In this document: piece by piece, positions 44,334-53,430 of the stretch
Layout: each line of letters begins with the position of its first letter
Numbering within the stretch: position 1 is the stretch's first letter
Assembly: GCA_038861395.1 (NCBI GenBank)
Contig: JAWCDE010000002.1
Coordinates: 34,437 to 98,436, forward strand
Direction: 5' to 3'
Source of the DNA: Thermoproteota archaeon
GTDB lineage: Archaea; Thermoproteota; EX4484-205; JAAOZP01
DNA: 64,000 nt
The notes under the pieces: generated by a model
Told to the model about the DNA's origin: nothing
Seen by the model: only the letters and a program-made list of their open reading frames with translations
Databases searched by the model: none
Position numbers and translations under genes: made by a program

Positions 44334-45676
44334 AGCGTGTAAGTTGAATACAGGGATCTCTCGGATATTTCTCCAGCGAAGCTGTGTAGCATTAGCTTCC
44401 TGACAGTGTCGTTGTCAAACCCGTGGCCTAGGAGCCAGCCTAGTTTAACATAAGCTACTTCGCTAAGCATGTCTTCACAATACACTACTCCCAGCTTCGC
44501 CATTATCCTGGCGTTCCTGTAGACGTACGGGTTTACTCTTCCGAATACGCACTGGGTAGTCATCGCGAATAAAACCCCTTCCTCTATACCTCTCTGGATG
44601 CTGCGAACCCATGACAAGTTCCTGTCCAGAGGCTCTGTTGGAACATGGCCCATGCCCGTTCCCTCTATCACTATTCCTCTGTACTCTTTGTCTATAAGGA
44701 AGTCAATAATCTCGGGGCTTGAGCCCGGATATGCCTTGACTAGCGCGGTCTTAGGTTCAAAAACGTCGTCTACATCGGGAGGGTCTTTGCTCCTAGGCCT
44801 ATAGTTATTGGCTACCATTTCAATCCTGCCTTCTGGCCAAACTTTTGCAAGAGGCGGGGAATTGATTGGCTTGAATGCGTCTCTCCGAGTAGAATGCATC
44901 TTCCTAACTCTTGTCCCCCTTATCAAGTAATTGAAAGTATCACCGGATTCGGCGTGCATACAGACAACGACCTCCCCGAGGTTTGCTTTAGTAGCAGCGT
45001 GGAGACCGCACATTATGTTCATATCGGAGTCTCTCGAACCCCTGTCGCTAGACCTCTGCGAGCCGACGAGTACAACGGGAGCGTTTAATCCTCTCAGCAT
45101 GAAGGAGAGTGCTGCGGAAGTATAGTGCATCGTATCGGTCCCATGAAGGATCAGAACCCCAGCATCGCCTTGGCTGAGGCTCTCAGCAACCTTCCTAGCT
45201 ATGGCTGACCATTCTTTATGCGTCATGTCTTCCGATGCTAATCCGAAAAGCCTCTCGACATTTCTCAAATACGCTATTTTCAAAGCCTCCGGAACGTTGT
45301 AGAATATTTCCTCGGGCGTGAACAACATTGAAACACCCCCTGTGTAATAGTCTATTCTAGCGCTTATAGTGCCTCCAGTTGAGAATATTGAGACTGGGGG
45401 CAGGCTTTCATCCTGCTTAACTTTTTCAAGCGTCTTGAATTTCCCAAGCTCTACAGAACCCTCCAGTTTCACGATTTCGCCATTATCTATCTTGAAACCA
45501 ACATTGTAACCGTTATCAAGCTTTATTACGAGAGTGTCGCCACCGCCGAAATCCACTTCTTCTCTGGGAAGGAGTATTCCTTCGACCGTGATATCTCTCC
45601 GCTTAAGCAAGACCCTGTCTCCGGGCCTAATGCCCTTCTCTAAAAGAGTTCTCTCAACCCTCTCGGAATACGGCAT
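44330..45676 (-). CDS. gatD: Glu-tRNA(Gln) amidotransferase subunit D
   Basis: Asparaginase-like motifs FSTGGTISA and ILHGTDTMHYTSAA. It lies upstream of and adjacent to gatE. 448 aa. Confidence 0.9.
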   Translation of the reverse strand: MPYSERVERTLLEKGIRPGDRVLLKRRDITVEGILLPREEVDFGGGDTLVIKLDNGYNVGFKIDNGEIVKLEGSVELGKFKTLEKVKQDESLPPVSIFSTGGTISARIDYYTGGVSMLFTPEEIFYNVPEALKIAYLRNVERLFGLASEDMTHKEWSAIARKVAESLSQGDAGVLILHGTDTMHYTSAALSFMLRGLNAPVVLVGSQRSSDRGSRDSDMNIMCGLHAATKANLGEVVVCMHAESGDTFNYLIRGTRVRKMHSTRRDAFKPINSPPLAKVWPEGRIEMVANNYRPRSKDPPDVDDVFEPKTALVKAYPGSSPEIIDFLIDKEYRGIVIEGTGMGHVPTEPLDRNLSWVRSIQRGIEEGVLFAMTTQCVFGRVNPYVYRNARIMAKLGVVYCEDMLSEVAYVKLGWLLGHGFDNDTVRKLMLHSFAGEISERSLYSTYTL

Positions 45677-45677
45677 T

Positions 45678-47546
45678 CTACTCCAGCCTCCTCTTGACCT
45701 CTTCCTCGATTATTCTGTATATCGTTGAACCTTCAGCAAGCCCTCTGAACTTTTCCATCATCCTACCCATGAGCATCTTAACAGATCCCATGCCTTTCTC
45801 TTTAACGTGAGAAAGGTTTTCCTCGATGAGCCTCTTAGCCTCAGCCCTTATCTCATCTTCACCGATCCTTCTATGCCTAAGCTCTTCGTAAACCTCGTTT
45901 AAACTCATACCCTTGTCAGCGAAGAGGATAAGAGCCTCTTGAATCATCTCTCGGGGGAGATCACTGGGAAAGGTTCTTAAGAGCGGAATGAGCTCCTCGT
46001 CGCTGTATTCTCTTCCACCCTCCCTCCTCAAATATGGAAGAGTGTTTAATAAGAAGGATGCTAAAGCTAACGGTGTTAAATTAGACTCTTTAACGACTTT
46101 CTCGAAAACAGTTAGGTAATGCGACCTGACTAATTGCTGAGCCATATGGCTACTTAGACCCATTGCCTCAAGCTCCCTAACCTTCTCCCGGGGCTTCTTT
46201 GGAAGTATTCTCCTTATTCTCTCAAGCCTATCCGTTGAAATCGGTATGGGAGGTATGTCCGTCTCAGGGTACATTCTAGCTGAACCCGGGAGCGGCCTCA
46301 GGTAATCGGTGTTACCGTCTTCAAGCGCCCTCCTGGTTTCGGAGGGTACGCCCTCGAATGCTTGAATCATTCTTCTATAGACTGCTTTCAACGAAGCCTC
46401 CACTCTTCCAGGCTCGCCGACAGCGATGACTGCAGCATCATTATCTGAAAGCTCAAGGATTTCACATACCTTCTTGACTTCTGCTTCAGATATTTCGTAG
46501 CCTGGAAGCTCATCTGTGTGAATGATTCCTTGTAAGCCGCCCCAGACCCTAGCGTAGTCGGCAAGCTCTGTTCCAAACCTTCTCCCAGGCTGGAGCTCCA
46601 TGCCCAGCAACCCTTTAAAGCCCGGAGCCTTCAAACCATAAACAACTTCACCCCTTGACAATGCTTTAGAAATCATTCTTGAAGCAGTGTTTTTGAAAAC
46701 ACTCGTCAAATCAATCGGATTGTATACTAAACTTTTTGGAGAAAGCCTTTCCCTCAGAATATCCTTGAGTTTAATCAGGTTCGTCTGCCTCATGACTTCT
46801 CTCCTAATTATCTCCGGTATCAGCTTCAGGTTCTGAACACCCTTGATCTCCTGCCTTGCACCGCCCTCAATGCTTATGTTAATGTCCTGTCTTATTGTTC
46901 CAAGTCCTCTCATAACCTTCCCAGTCATCCTTAACGCTAACCCGACTTCTTCAGCAGCCTCGAGGGCTTGCGAAGGGCTCTTTATATCAGGCTCAGTAGC
47001 TATCTCCACCAGAGGAATACTAAGCCTATCAAGCCTGTACTCCGCGGATTCCCTACCGCTTTCAACTATGAATGCAGACTCCTCCTCGAGGCAGAGGCTC
47101 TTCAATCTTACAGGACCCTCGCTTGTTTCAATAATCGAATCATTGTTTCCCAATGCTATTAGGAGTGTTCTCTGAAAGCCTGATGTATTGCTCCCATCTA
47201 TCACGGTCTTCCTCATCACCCTAGCCTCGTCGACAACAGTCATGTTGAAGTAGAGGGCGATCTCAAGCGCAGCATCCAGTATACCATCATCAATCATATG
47301 AGGGGGCTCTTCATCAAGCTCAACGAGACAGTTAAACGAATCGTCAATATGATAGGTGAACAGTCTACTTCTAGAAGCTTCAGCAAGTGCGGCAGGGTCT
47401 AGTTCACCGAGTTCACTCGCAGAAGCCCTAAGCCTTCTTATCACTCTACCTGAAGGCTCTCTTGAAGACTCTGAAGGACAGTTGCAGAAAAGCTTGTGGA
47501 ATGCTAGGCGCTGGTGAAACTCTAAGCCTACTTTCAGAGAGTTCAA
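45678..47546 (-). CDS. gatE: Glu-tRNA(Gln) amidotransferase subunit E
   Basis: N-terminus LKVGLEFHQRL. GatB/E core and C-terminal YqeY-like tail. 622 aa. Confidence 0.9.
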   Translation of the reverse strand: MNSLKVGLEFHQRLAFHKLFCNCPSESSREPSGRVIRRLRASASELGELDPAALAEASRSRLFTYHIDDSFNCLVELDEEPPHMIDDGILDAALEIALYFNMTVVDEARVMRKTVIDGSNTSGFQRTLLIALGNNDSIIETSEGPVRLKSLCLEEESAFIVESGRESAEYRLDRLSIPLVEIATEPDIKSPSQALEAAEEVGLALRMTGKVMRGLGTIRQDINISIEGGARQEIKGVQNLKLIPEIIRREVMRQTNLIKLKDILRERLSPKSLVYNPIDLTSVFKNTASRMISKALSRGEVVYGLKAPGFKGLLGMELQPGRRFGTELADYARVWGGLQGIIHTDELPGYEISEAEVKKVCEILELSDNDAAVIAVGEPGRVEASLKAVYRRMIQAFEGVPSETRRALEDGNTDYLRPLPGSARMYPETDIPPIPISTDRLERIRRILPKKPREKVRELEAMGLSSHMAQQLVRSHYLTVFEKVVKESNLTPLALASFLLNTLPYLRREGGREYSDEELIPLLRTFPSDLPREMIQEALILFADKGMSLNEVYEELRHRRIGEDEIRAEAKRLIEENLSHVKEKGMGSVKMLMGRMMEKFRGLAEGSTIYRIIEEEVKRRLE

Positions 47547-47619
47547 CCCAGCTAGAATATTTATAGAGGTATTTTAACCTTAAAGCAAATTTTTTACTTA
47601 TATTTAGCGCTGCTATAGT

Positions 47620-48183
47620 TTAGAGGATTCCTAGTCTACTCTTTATTAGCGCCACGTCCTTTTCCAGTGTAGTTAACCTTCTATCAATCATGGATTTTAA
47701 GTCTTCCCTAAGGTCATCAATCTTTGTACCTAAATTATCTATTTTCACCCCAAGGACGTCTATTTTTTCAATCACAATATCCTGCTTCTCAAGCATCTGG
47801 TCCATCTTACCCAGCATCACATCCTGCTTCTCAAGCATCTGGCCCTGCCTGCCGAGCATTCCTAAGCCTATTTCAACTATTTTTCCAAGCTGGACTGTTG
47901 TAAATTCGCTTCGAAAAACCTCTATGCTTTTCACCGGTCCCTCGTATTCCTCGAACTTCATGCTGGAAACCTCTGCCTCCTTCGGCGCTAATTCCCTGAC
48001 CTTCTCCACGAACATTTTAACCTCCTTCTCACCTCCTTCATACAAGGCTTCAACGCAATCCGCATCAACGTTCCTAGCTTGGAACCCCGTAAGGTTTGAT
48101 TCACTCGCCAGGTTTAGCAGGAAAAGCCTGTAGCCAACATCCTGAACCCTCGAACCCCTGATCAGAACCCTTCCCTTGCCCAA
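47620..48183 (-). CDS. acylphosphatase-like domain protein with repetitive coiled-coil tail
   Basis: N-terminus RVLIRGSRVQDVGYRLFLLN...GFQARNV...VEALYEG matches the acylphosphatase-like fold pattern. The C-terminal half consists of 14-residue repeats (QMLEKQDVMLGKMD / QMLEKQDIVIEKID ...). Confidence 0.6.
   Translation of the reverse strand: MGKGRVLIRGSRVQDVGYRLFLLNLASESNLTGFQARNVDADCVEALYEGGEKEVKMFVEKVRELAPKEAEVSSMKFEEYEGPVKSIEVFRSEFTTVQLGKIVEIGLGMLGRQGQMLEKQDVMLGKMDQMLEKQDIVIEKIDVLGVKIDNLGTKIDDLREDLKSMIDRRLTTLEKDVALIKSRLGIL
47779..47842. repeat. 22-bp perfect direct repeat, 42-bp period, inside the coiled-coil coding region
   Basis: ATCCTGCTTCTCAAGCATCTGG occurs at 47779..47800 and again at 47821..47842. 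Confidence 0.9.
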
Positions 48184-48448
48184 TTACCTCTAAGATTAGT
48201 ATGGCGACAGCTTAAAAGCGTAACTATTAACCATGGTTGAATTATAAGGATGTAAAAGATACTTGTCAAATAAAAATGATGAAAAATTTGGCAACTATAT
48301 TTCCCGTCTTGTTGCTGAAGAAACATTTCAACATCCTCTTTAGGATAATTCATAGTGGCGAATGCCCCCGATTTTTAATTCTAAGATACGCTCCAGATTT
48401 CAACTGAGCTCTGCTTTCGAATGTTTCCAACTTTTCAGCATCCATCAT

Positions 48449-50047
48449 TCAAAGATTTTTAACCATGTATGTGCCGTCGAAGGAATAGCCTAGCCTCCTA
48501 TAGTACTCTCTGACCCCGACTGCTGAAATCACAAGCATTTTTCTAGCACCGTTTTCAGCAGCAATGTTTTCAGCTTCTTCCATAAGCCTGGTTCCTAGGC
48601 CCCTGTGCTGCCAGGAATCTGACCACCTTGCTCCAAGGGGTATTGCCCTTCCAAGGGCTTTCAGCTCCCTCACTATCATGGATGGGGCCTCGTTTACTTC
48701 TTTTCGATGAGCACGAGGAGAAGGCTTTCTAAGCCTAAGGTATGCTAGTAGAACATCGTTCTCCAGATCCTCAAAGCTCAAAAAATACTCTATTCCTCCA
48801 GAGGCTTCGTATTTTCTTACTACAAGTTCAACATTTCTCGGGTCGACTTTGACCTTTGAAAAACCGGCTTCCCTGCATCTTACGCATCTGCATTTTAACC
48901 CCCATGACTCCAGAATGTTGTGAGCCAATTCTCTTAGATTGCTCTTCTTAACCCCTGCTGCAATCGCGTGCGCAGGGATATCTCTCTGAACTCTCATCAC
49001 CCTCACCCACGGCGGGGTTATTTCAAGAATTTTAGCAACGAGTCCCGCAGCCTCCTCATCCTCTAGAGGTTTGTAACCCCCCTTCTTCCAGGCCTCGTAT
49101 AGTTTAGTCCCCTCAACGACGAGGGTAGGATATATTTTTATCATATCTGGCCTAAACTTCACGTCAAAATACAGTTTTCTAAAATCTTCCAAAGAGTCTT
49201 CAACGCTCATACCCGGTAGCCCGGGCATCATGTGCGCAACTATTTTCAATCCAGCGTCCTTGGCGATTCTAAACGCTTTTACAGTGTCCTCAACCCTATG
49301 ACCCCTCTCAACCTTTTCAAGAACATCGTCTCTAAGCGTTTGCACACCTATCTCAACCCTAGTGACACCCATGCTAAGCATGTTATCAACATGTTTCTCT
49401 CTACAATAATCGGGCCTAGTCTCAACGGTTAAGCCTACGCATCTGATGTCTGACGACTCGTTAAGCCTGTGGGCCTCTTCCAGCGATTTAGAAATAAAAC
49501 TGTTCAAAGCGTCGAAACACCCCTTGACGAAAGCCCTCTGGTAGTCGAGCGGCGCCGCTGGAAAGGTTCCTCCCATTATTATCAGCTCAGCCTTCTGGAC
49601 AAAATGCCCAGTAGCCTCCAGCTGCCTAATCCTCTCCGAAACCTGTTTAAACGGGTCATAGTTATTCCTAATGGCTCTCATCGCAGCAGGCTCAAGACCA
49701 GTATAGCTCTGCGGAGTACTCACTGATGGCCCTCCCGGGCAGTAGAGGCATCTTCCATGGGGGCAGGGCATGGGCATGGCCATGGCAGCGATAACCACGA
49801 CTCCCGAGAGGCTTCTCGCAGGCTTAACCGTCAGAATACTCCTAAGCTTCTCCCTAAGCTCCTTTGGAGCACTTGTGAGAACATCGCTATTAGAGGGAAC
49901 CGTGGGAAGCCCAAACCTTGAGGAGACGGTTAGTTTAACCCTGTGAACCACCTTACTGTCAACATTCTTCTCGGAAGCAAGGATTCTAGCTATCTCCCTG
50001 CAGGCAGTCCAGTAGTCCTCCACTTTAACCTCCTCGCTCAGCCTCAT
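48449..50047 (-). CDS. elp3: Elp3 family radical-SAM/GNAT tRNA-modification enzyme
   Basis: Radical SAM cluster CPHGRCLYCPGG and C-terminal GNAT QHRGLGTRLMEEAE. 532 aa. Confidence 0.9.
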   Translation of the reverse strand: MRLSEEVKVEDYWTACREIARILASEKNVDSKVVHRVKLTVSSRFGLPTVPSNSDVLTSAPKELREKLRSILTVKPARSLSGVVVIAAMAMPMPCPHGRCLYCPGGPSVSTPQSYTGLEPAAMRAIRNNYDPFKQVSERIRQLEATGHFVQKAELIIMGGTFPAAPLDYQRAFVKGCFDALNSFISKSLEEAHRLNESSDIRCVGLTVETRPDYCREKHVDNMLSMGVTRVEIGVQTLRDDVLEKVERGHRVEDTVKAFRIAKDAGLKIVAHMMPGLPGMSVEDSLEDFRKLYFDVKFRPDMIKIYPTLVVEGTKLYEAWKKGGYKPLEDEEAAGLVAKILEITPPWVRVMRVQRDIPAHAIAAGVKKSNLRELAHNILESWGLKCRCVRCREAGFSKVKVDPRNVELVVRKYEASGGIEYFLSFEDLENDVLLAYLRLRKPSPRAHRKEVNEAPSMIVRELKALGRAIPLGARWSDSWQHRGLGTRLMEEAENIAAENGARKMLVISAVGVREYYRRLGYSFDGTYMVKNL

Positions 50048-51068
50048 TCTAACCTCTCGCTCAACTCGGGAGAAGACTCAAAGCTTATTAAATTTGAACA
50101 GAATTAGAAGCATCTGCCTATAAATGCTCAGGCAACTGCTGCAGAAAACCCTGCTCCCTAGATTCTCCTATCATTATTCTGCAGAATCATAATCCTTAGG
50201 ACTTGAACAGGGAACATTCTTATTAAGCCGGTTTCTGCACGCTTACTGGAGTATTTCTGCTCCGAGCTGTTCACTCTTTAGATTCTATGCACCCTGGAAA
50301 GGATTTAGCCAAGCCTTCTCAACATGGTCTTGAAAAGCTTGCGAGAGAAGGATTTCTCAGGCTTCAGAGGATTATGATAATGCTTAATAAGCTTGCAGAC
50401 TGCTTAAAAACAAGAAGCAATGTAAAAAGCTCGATTCAGAGAATTAGAAACATTTTTACACACGCATCTGCTTCCAAATCTGGCCAGGAGCCCTATTTAA
50501 AACAACCCTCCTACGATAAATACTCCTAACCCTCCTACGCGGAGTATCCGGAGGATGCTCCTTCTTCTCCAATTTAGGGGTAAGGCTACGAACTTTCCCC
50601 GCCAGGGTAATATTTCCGTGGGTTACCATCCTTTTAACACCCCTACATTACGATTCTACAGAAAAACAATCTTGCTTTTAAATATTCCTCTTATGCTTCA
50701 CGATGGTTTTATTCTAGTCGCCAGTTCCTGTATTAATACTTGCTGCAGTGTTTCTAAAAATTTTAAACGCTTAAATATCATTCTACGATTACTATTTGAC
50801 ATAATAGATGCCAATTGAAGACCATGCGAATATTCATACTGATATGGAGAGAATTCTTGAGGCGATAATCCAGGCTAAGCTTATCTACGCCGTTACACCT
50901 AAGCTGCCTACTTACAGGAAGGTTTTGTTCGTAATACGTCCGAGAAGCCCTCCCAGGGGTTATTCGCTCTGGGTTAAGGAGTCTTACGAGGCCTATAGGA
51001 GAAATCATGTTTAAAGCCTGAGTTTAGAGGAAAAGTTAATACTTACTTTTCGCATCCGATGAGAAGAG

Positions 51069-52073
51069 TTGGAAGAGTATTTAAGCCTCGTAGAGACGCC
51101 GGCTGGGCTGATAGTCTTTAAGGGTGAGGAAGCCATTCCATACGTCTTTAAGGATGTTGAAGAAGCAGTAAGCTATTATAATGGTGAGATAGTTCGTGGC
51201 GTTGCGTCTTTCCTGAGAAAGTGGAAGGGGAGGAGCATACTTGTCGAAAGAAGGAGTGCTATTAAGACTTTATCATCGATAGGTTTGAAACCCATTGTGC
51301 AAGAACCGTTGGATAAGGCTGTTAAGCTCAGGTCAAATTTTGAAGCCATTCTTAAAATCCTCGGTTTAAACATGGATGAGTATAGGAATTTCATGTTGAC
51401 TGTTGCGGATAGGATTACGCGAGACAGGATCAACGAATTAGCTAAACGTAAGGATTTGGATATAGTTATGGCGTTGCAAAGCTACGATGAGCTCGTTAAG
51501 ATCATGAACGTAATTCAAGATAGGATACTGGTATGGGTTAAGGAACGAGCTCCGAGCCTTTTAGAGGAGAATAAGGATTTTGAGAAAGTTATTGAACTAA
51601 TATATTCTCAGAGCTCTAAGCCAGATTATGTTAGGAAGATGGCGGAGCTCTACTTGAAGAGCAGGGAGTGTAGAAACACGGTGGAGAAGCAGGTAGGAGA
51701 TCTTATGGAGGAGACTGCTCCAAACGTTGCAGCAGTAATAGGGCCCATTTTAGGGGCGAGGATGATTTCCAAAGTCGGTTCGTTAGCCAGGCTTGCAAGC
51801 CTGCCTGCTTCAACGATCCAGATACTGGGGGCTGAGAAGGCGCTCTTCAGAGCGTTGAGAAAGAGGGGAAGGCCTCCTAAGCACGGTATAATATTTCAAC
51901 ACCCATGGGTACACGGCTCGCCTAGGAAGATAAGGGGGAAGATAGCTAGGTTACTGGCTAGCAGGATAGCCGTGGCTGCGAGAGTAGACTATTTCTCAGG
52001 AAGGTTCGTGGGAGACGAGCTTAAGAGGGATGTGGAGAATAGGATTAAGAATCTAAGGGGTGAAGCTGAGTGA
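51069..52073 (+). CDS. nop5: C/D box RNP protein Nop5 (Nop56/58)
   Basis: NOP domain GAEKALFRALRKRGRPPKHGIIFQHP. TTG start. It overlaps the fibrillarin start. Confidence 0.88.
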   Translation: MEEYLSLVETPAGLIVFKGEEAIPYVFKDVEEAVSYYNGEIVRGVASFLRKWKGRSILVERRSAIKTLSSIGLKPIVQEPLDKAVKLRSNFEAILKILGLNMDEYRNFMLTVADRITRDRINELAKRKDLDIVMALQSYDELVKIMNVIQDRILVWVKERAPSLLEENKDFEKVIELIYSQSSKPDYVRKMAELYLKSRECRNTVEKQVGDLMEETAPNVAAVIGPILGARMISKVGSLARLASLPASTIQILGAEKALFRALRKRGRPPKHGIIFQHPWVHGSPRKIRGKIARLLASRIAVAARVDYFSGRFVGDELKRDVENRIKNLRGEAE

Positions 52074-52753
52074 AGCCAAAGGAGGTTTTCAAGGGAGTTT
52101 ACGAGGTTGAGGACGAGGAGGGTAAACACATAGCTACTTTAAGCATAGCACCCGGGTCTCTCGTATATGGAGAGAAGATAATCAGGATTGGCGGCGCCGA
52201 GTACAGGGTGTGGAATCCCTACAGGAGTAAGATAGCTGCAGCCATCCTCAAGGGCTTGAAAAACTTCTTCCTAGAGCCCGGTTGGAGAATACTTTACCTT
52301 GGAGCTGCCTCAGGCACTACGGTGAGTCATGTTTCAGACATCGTTGGGTTGGAGGGCGTTGTCTATGCTGTCGAGGTTGCTCATAGGCCTTTCAGAGACT
52401 TCCTTGAAAAAGTCTCGGAGAAGAGGAGGAATATCGTACCCATCTTGGCCGATGCTAGAAGTGTTTTCGAATACGGCTGGTTGCTCCAGGAAATCGACGC
52501 CGTCTACTGCGACATTGCTCAGCCTGATGAAGTAGACATTGCTGTGACGAATGCTGATGCCTTCCTCAGGAGTAAAGGTTTTCTCGCGATAGCTCTTAAA
52601 GCCGGTAGCGTAGACTCCACGAAAAAGGCTAGCGAAACCTTCAGGAATGAGGAAGCCAGGCTTGAAGCAACTGGAAGGTATAGGATTGAGGAGGTTGTAG
52701 ACATAGAGCCCTACGCCATGATGCACGAGCTCATAGTCTCCAGGAAAATCTAG
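52070..52753 (+). CDS. flpA: fibrillarin-like rRNA/tRNA 2'-O-methyltransferase
   Basis: YRVWNPYRSKIAAAI and YLGAASGTTVSHVSDIV. 227 aa. Confidence 0.92.
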   Translation: MKPKEVFKGVYEVEDEEGKHIATLSIAPGSLVYGEKIIRIGGAEYRVWNPYRSKIAAAILKGLKNFFLEPGWRILYLGAASGTTVSHVSDIVGLEGVVYAVEVAHRPFRDFLEKVSEKRRNIVPILADARSVFEYGWLLQEIDAVYCDIAQPDEVDIAVTNADAFLRSKGFLAIALKAGSVDSTKKASETFRNEEARLEATGRYRIEEVVDIEPYAMMHELIVSRKI

Positions 52754-53430
52754 AGGAAGCTCTTAATACTCTCCTGGCTCAGGCGCGTCCTGATCTTCTG
52801 CACAGTGCCCCAGCTCATCCTCAAGAAGCTCTCGCTTCTCTGAGAATCGAGAAGCTGTTTTACGAGCCTGATTGTATCCGGGTCTCCGGGGTATCCGGAG
52901 CACTCTGGCAATCCGGCTCTTATAAGTATTCTTTTAACAGCCTTGTCCCTCTCGACCTTGGCTATGATGCTGGCAGCTCCAACAAGCGGGTTCGACTCGT
53001 CCAAGTAGTTCCTGACTATGAGCTCCCCCTTGAAACCCGGCGCGTGTTTAAGTATCGCGTTTTCAAACCTTTTGCAATCCCTGTCTACGGAGTCCACGTA
53101 GAAAGTCCCGCGACGATGCTTGGCAAGAATACTTCCTATAAGCATGGCCTCTATCTCGTTAAGGCTCACGCCCTTATTCCTAAGCACGTCTATGCGGCTG
53201 GCGCTAATCCTCCTGACCTCAACCACCTTAGAAATCCTTTTCACGCGGGATGCGATTATTACTCTTCTCTTAGGGCTGAGCGTTTTAGAATCTTTAACGC
53301 CTGCTTCAACGAGACGAGGAATCGTCTTCTCATCCACGCCTGTCATCGCCACGACGAGGGGACCTATTACGCATCCCCTTCCAGCCTCGTCGACACCTGC
53401 TACAAGCACCATTTCAATACGCTCTTGCAA
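52750..53430 (-). CDS. rnhB: ribonuclease HII
   Basis: VAGVDEAGRGCVIGPLVVA and DSKTLSPKRR. Confidence 0.9.
   Translation of the reverse strand: MQERIEMVLVAGVDEAGRGCVIGPLVVAMTGVDEKTIPRLVEAGVKDSKTLSPKRRVIIASRVKRISKVVEVRRISASRIDVLRNKGVSLNEIEAMLIGSILAKHRRGTFYVDSVDRDCKRFENAILKHAPGFKGELIVRNYLDESNPLVGAASIIAKVERDKAVKRILIRAGLPECSGYPGDPDTIRLVKQLLDSQRSESFLRMSWGTVQKIRTRLSQESIKSFL

Noticed and set aside
48276-48318. C/D-box-sRNA-like pair: AUGAUGA at 48276..48282 and CUGA at 48315..48318.
   Set aside because: Only 32 nt separate the boxes. No internal D'/C' boxes or terminal stem are present. The flanks are A-rich intergenic DNA where such heptamers occur by chance.
50541-50560. UCCGGAGGAUGC resembling the SRP RNA helix-8 CCGGAAGGAAGC motif.
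   Set aside because: The flanking bases do not form the helix-8 stem, and no Alu-domain or helix-5 counterparts are present. srp19 is elsewhere, and the region is too poorly matched to call an SRP RNA.
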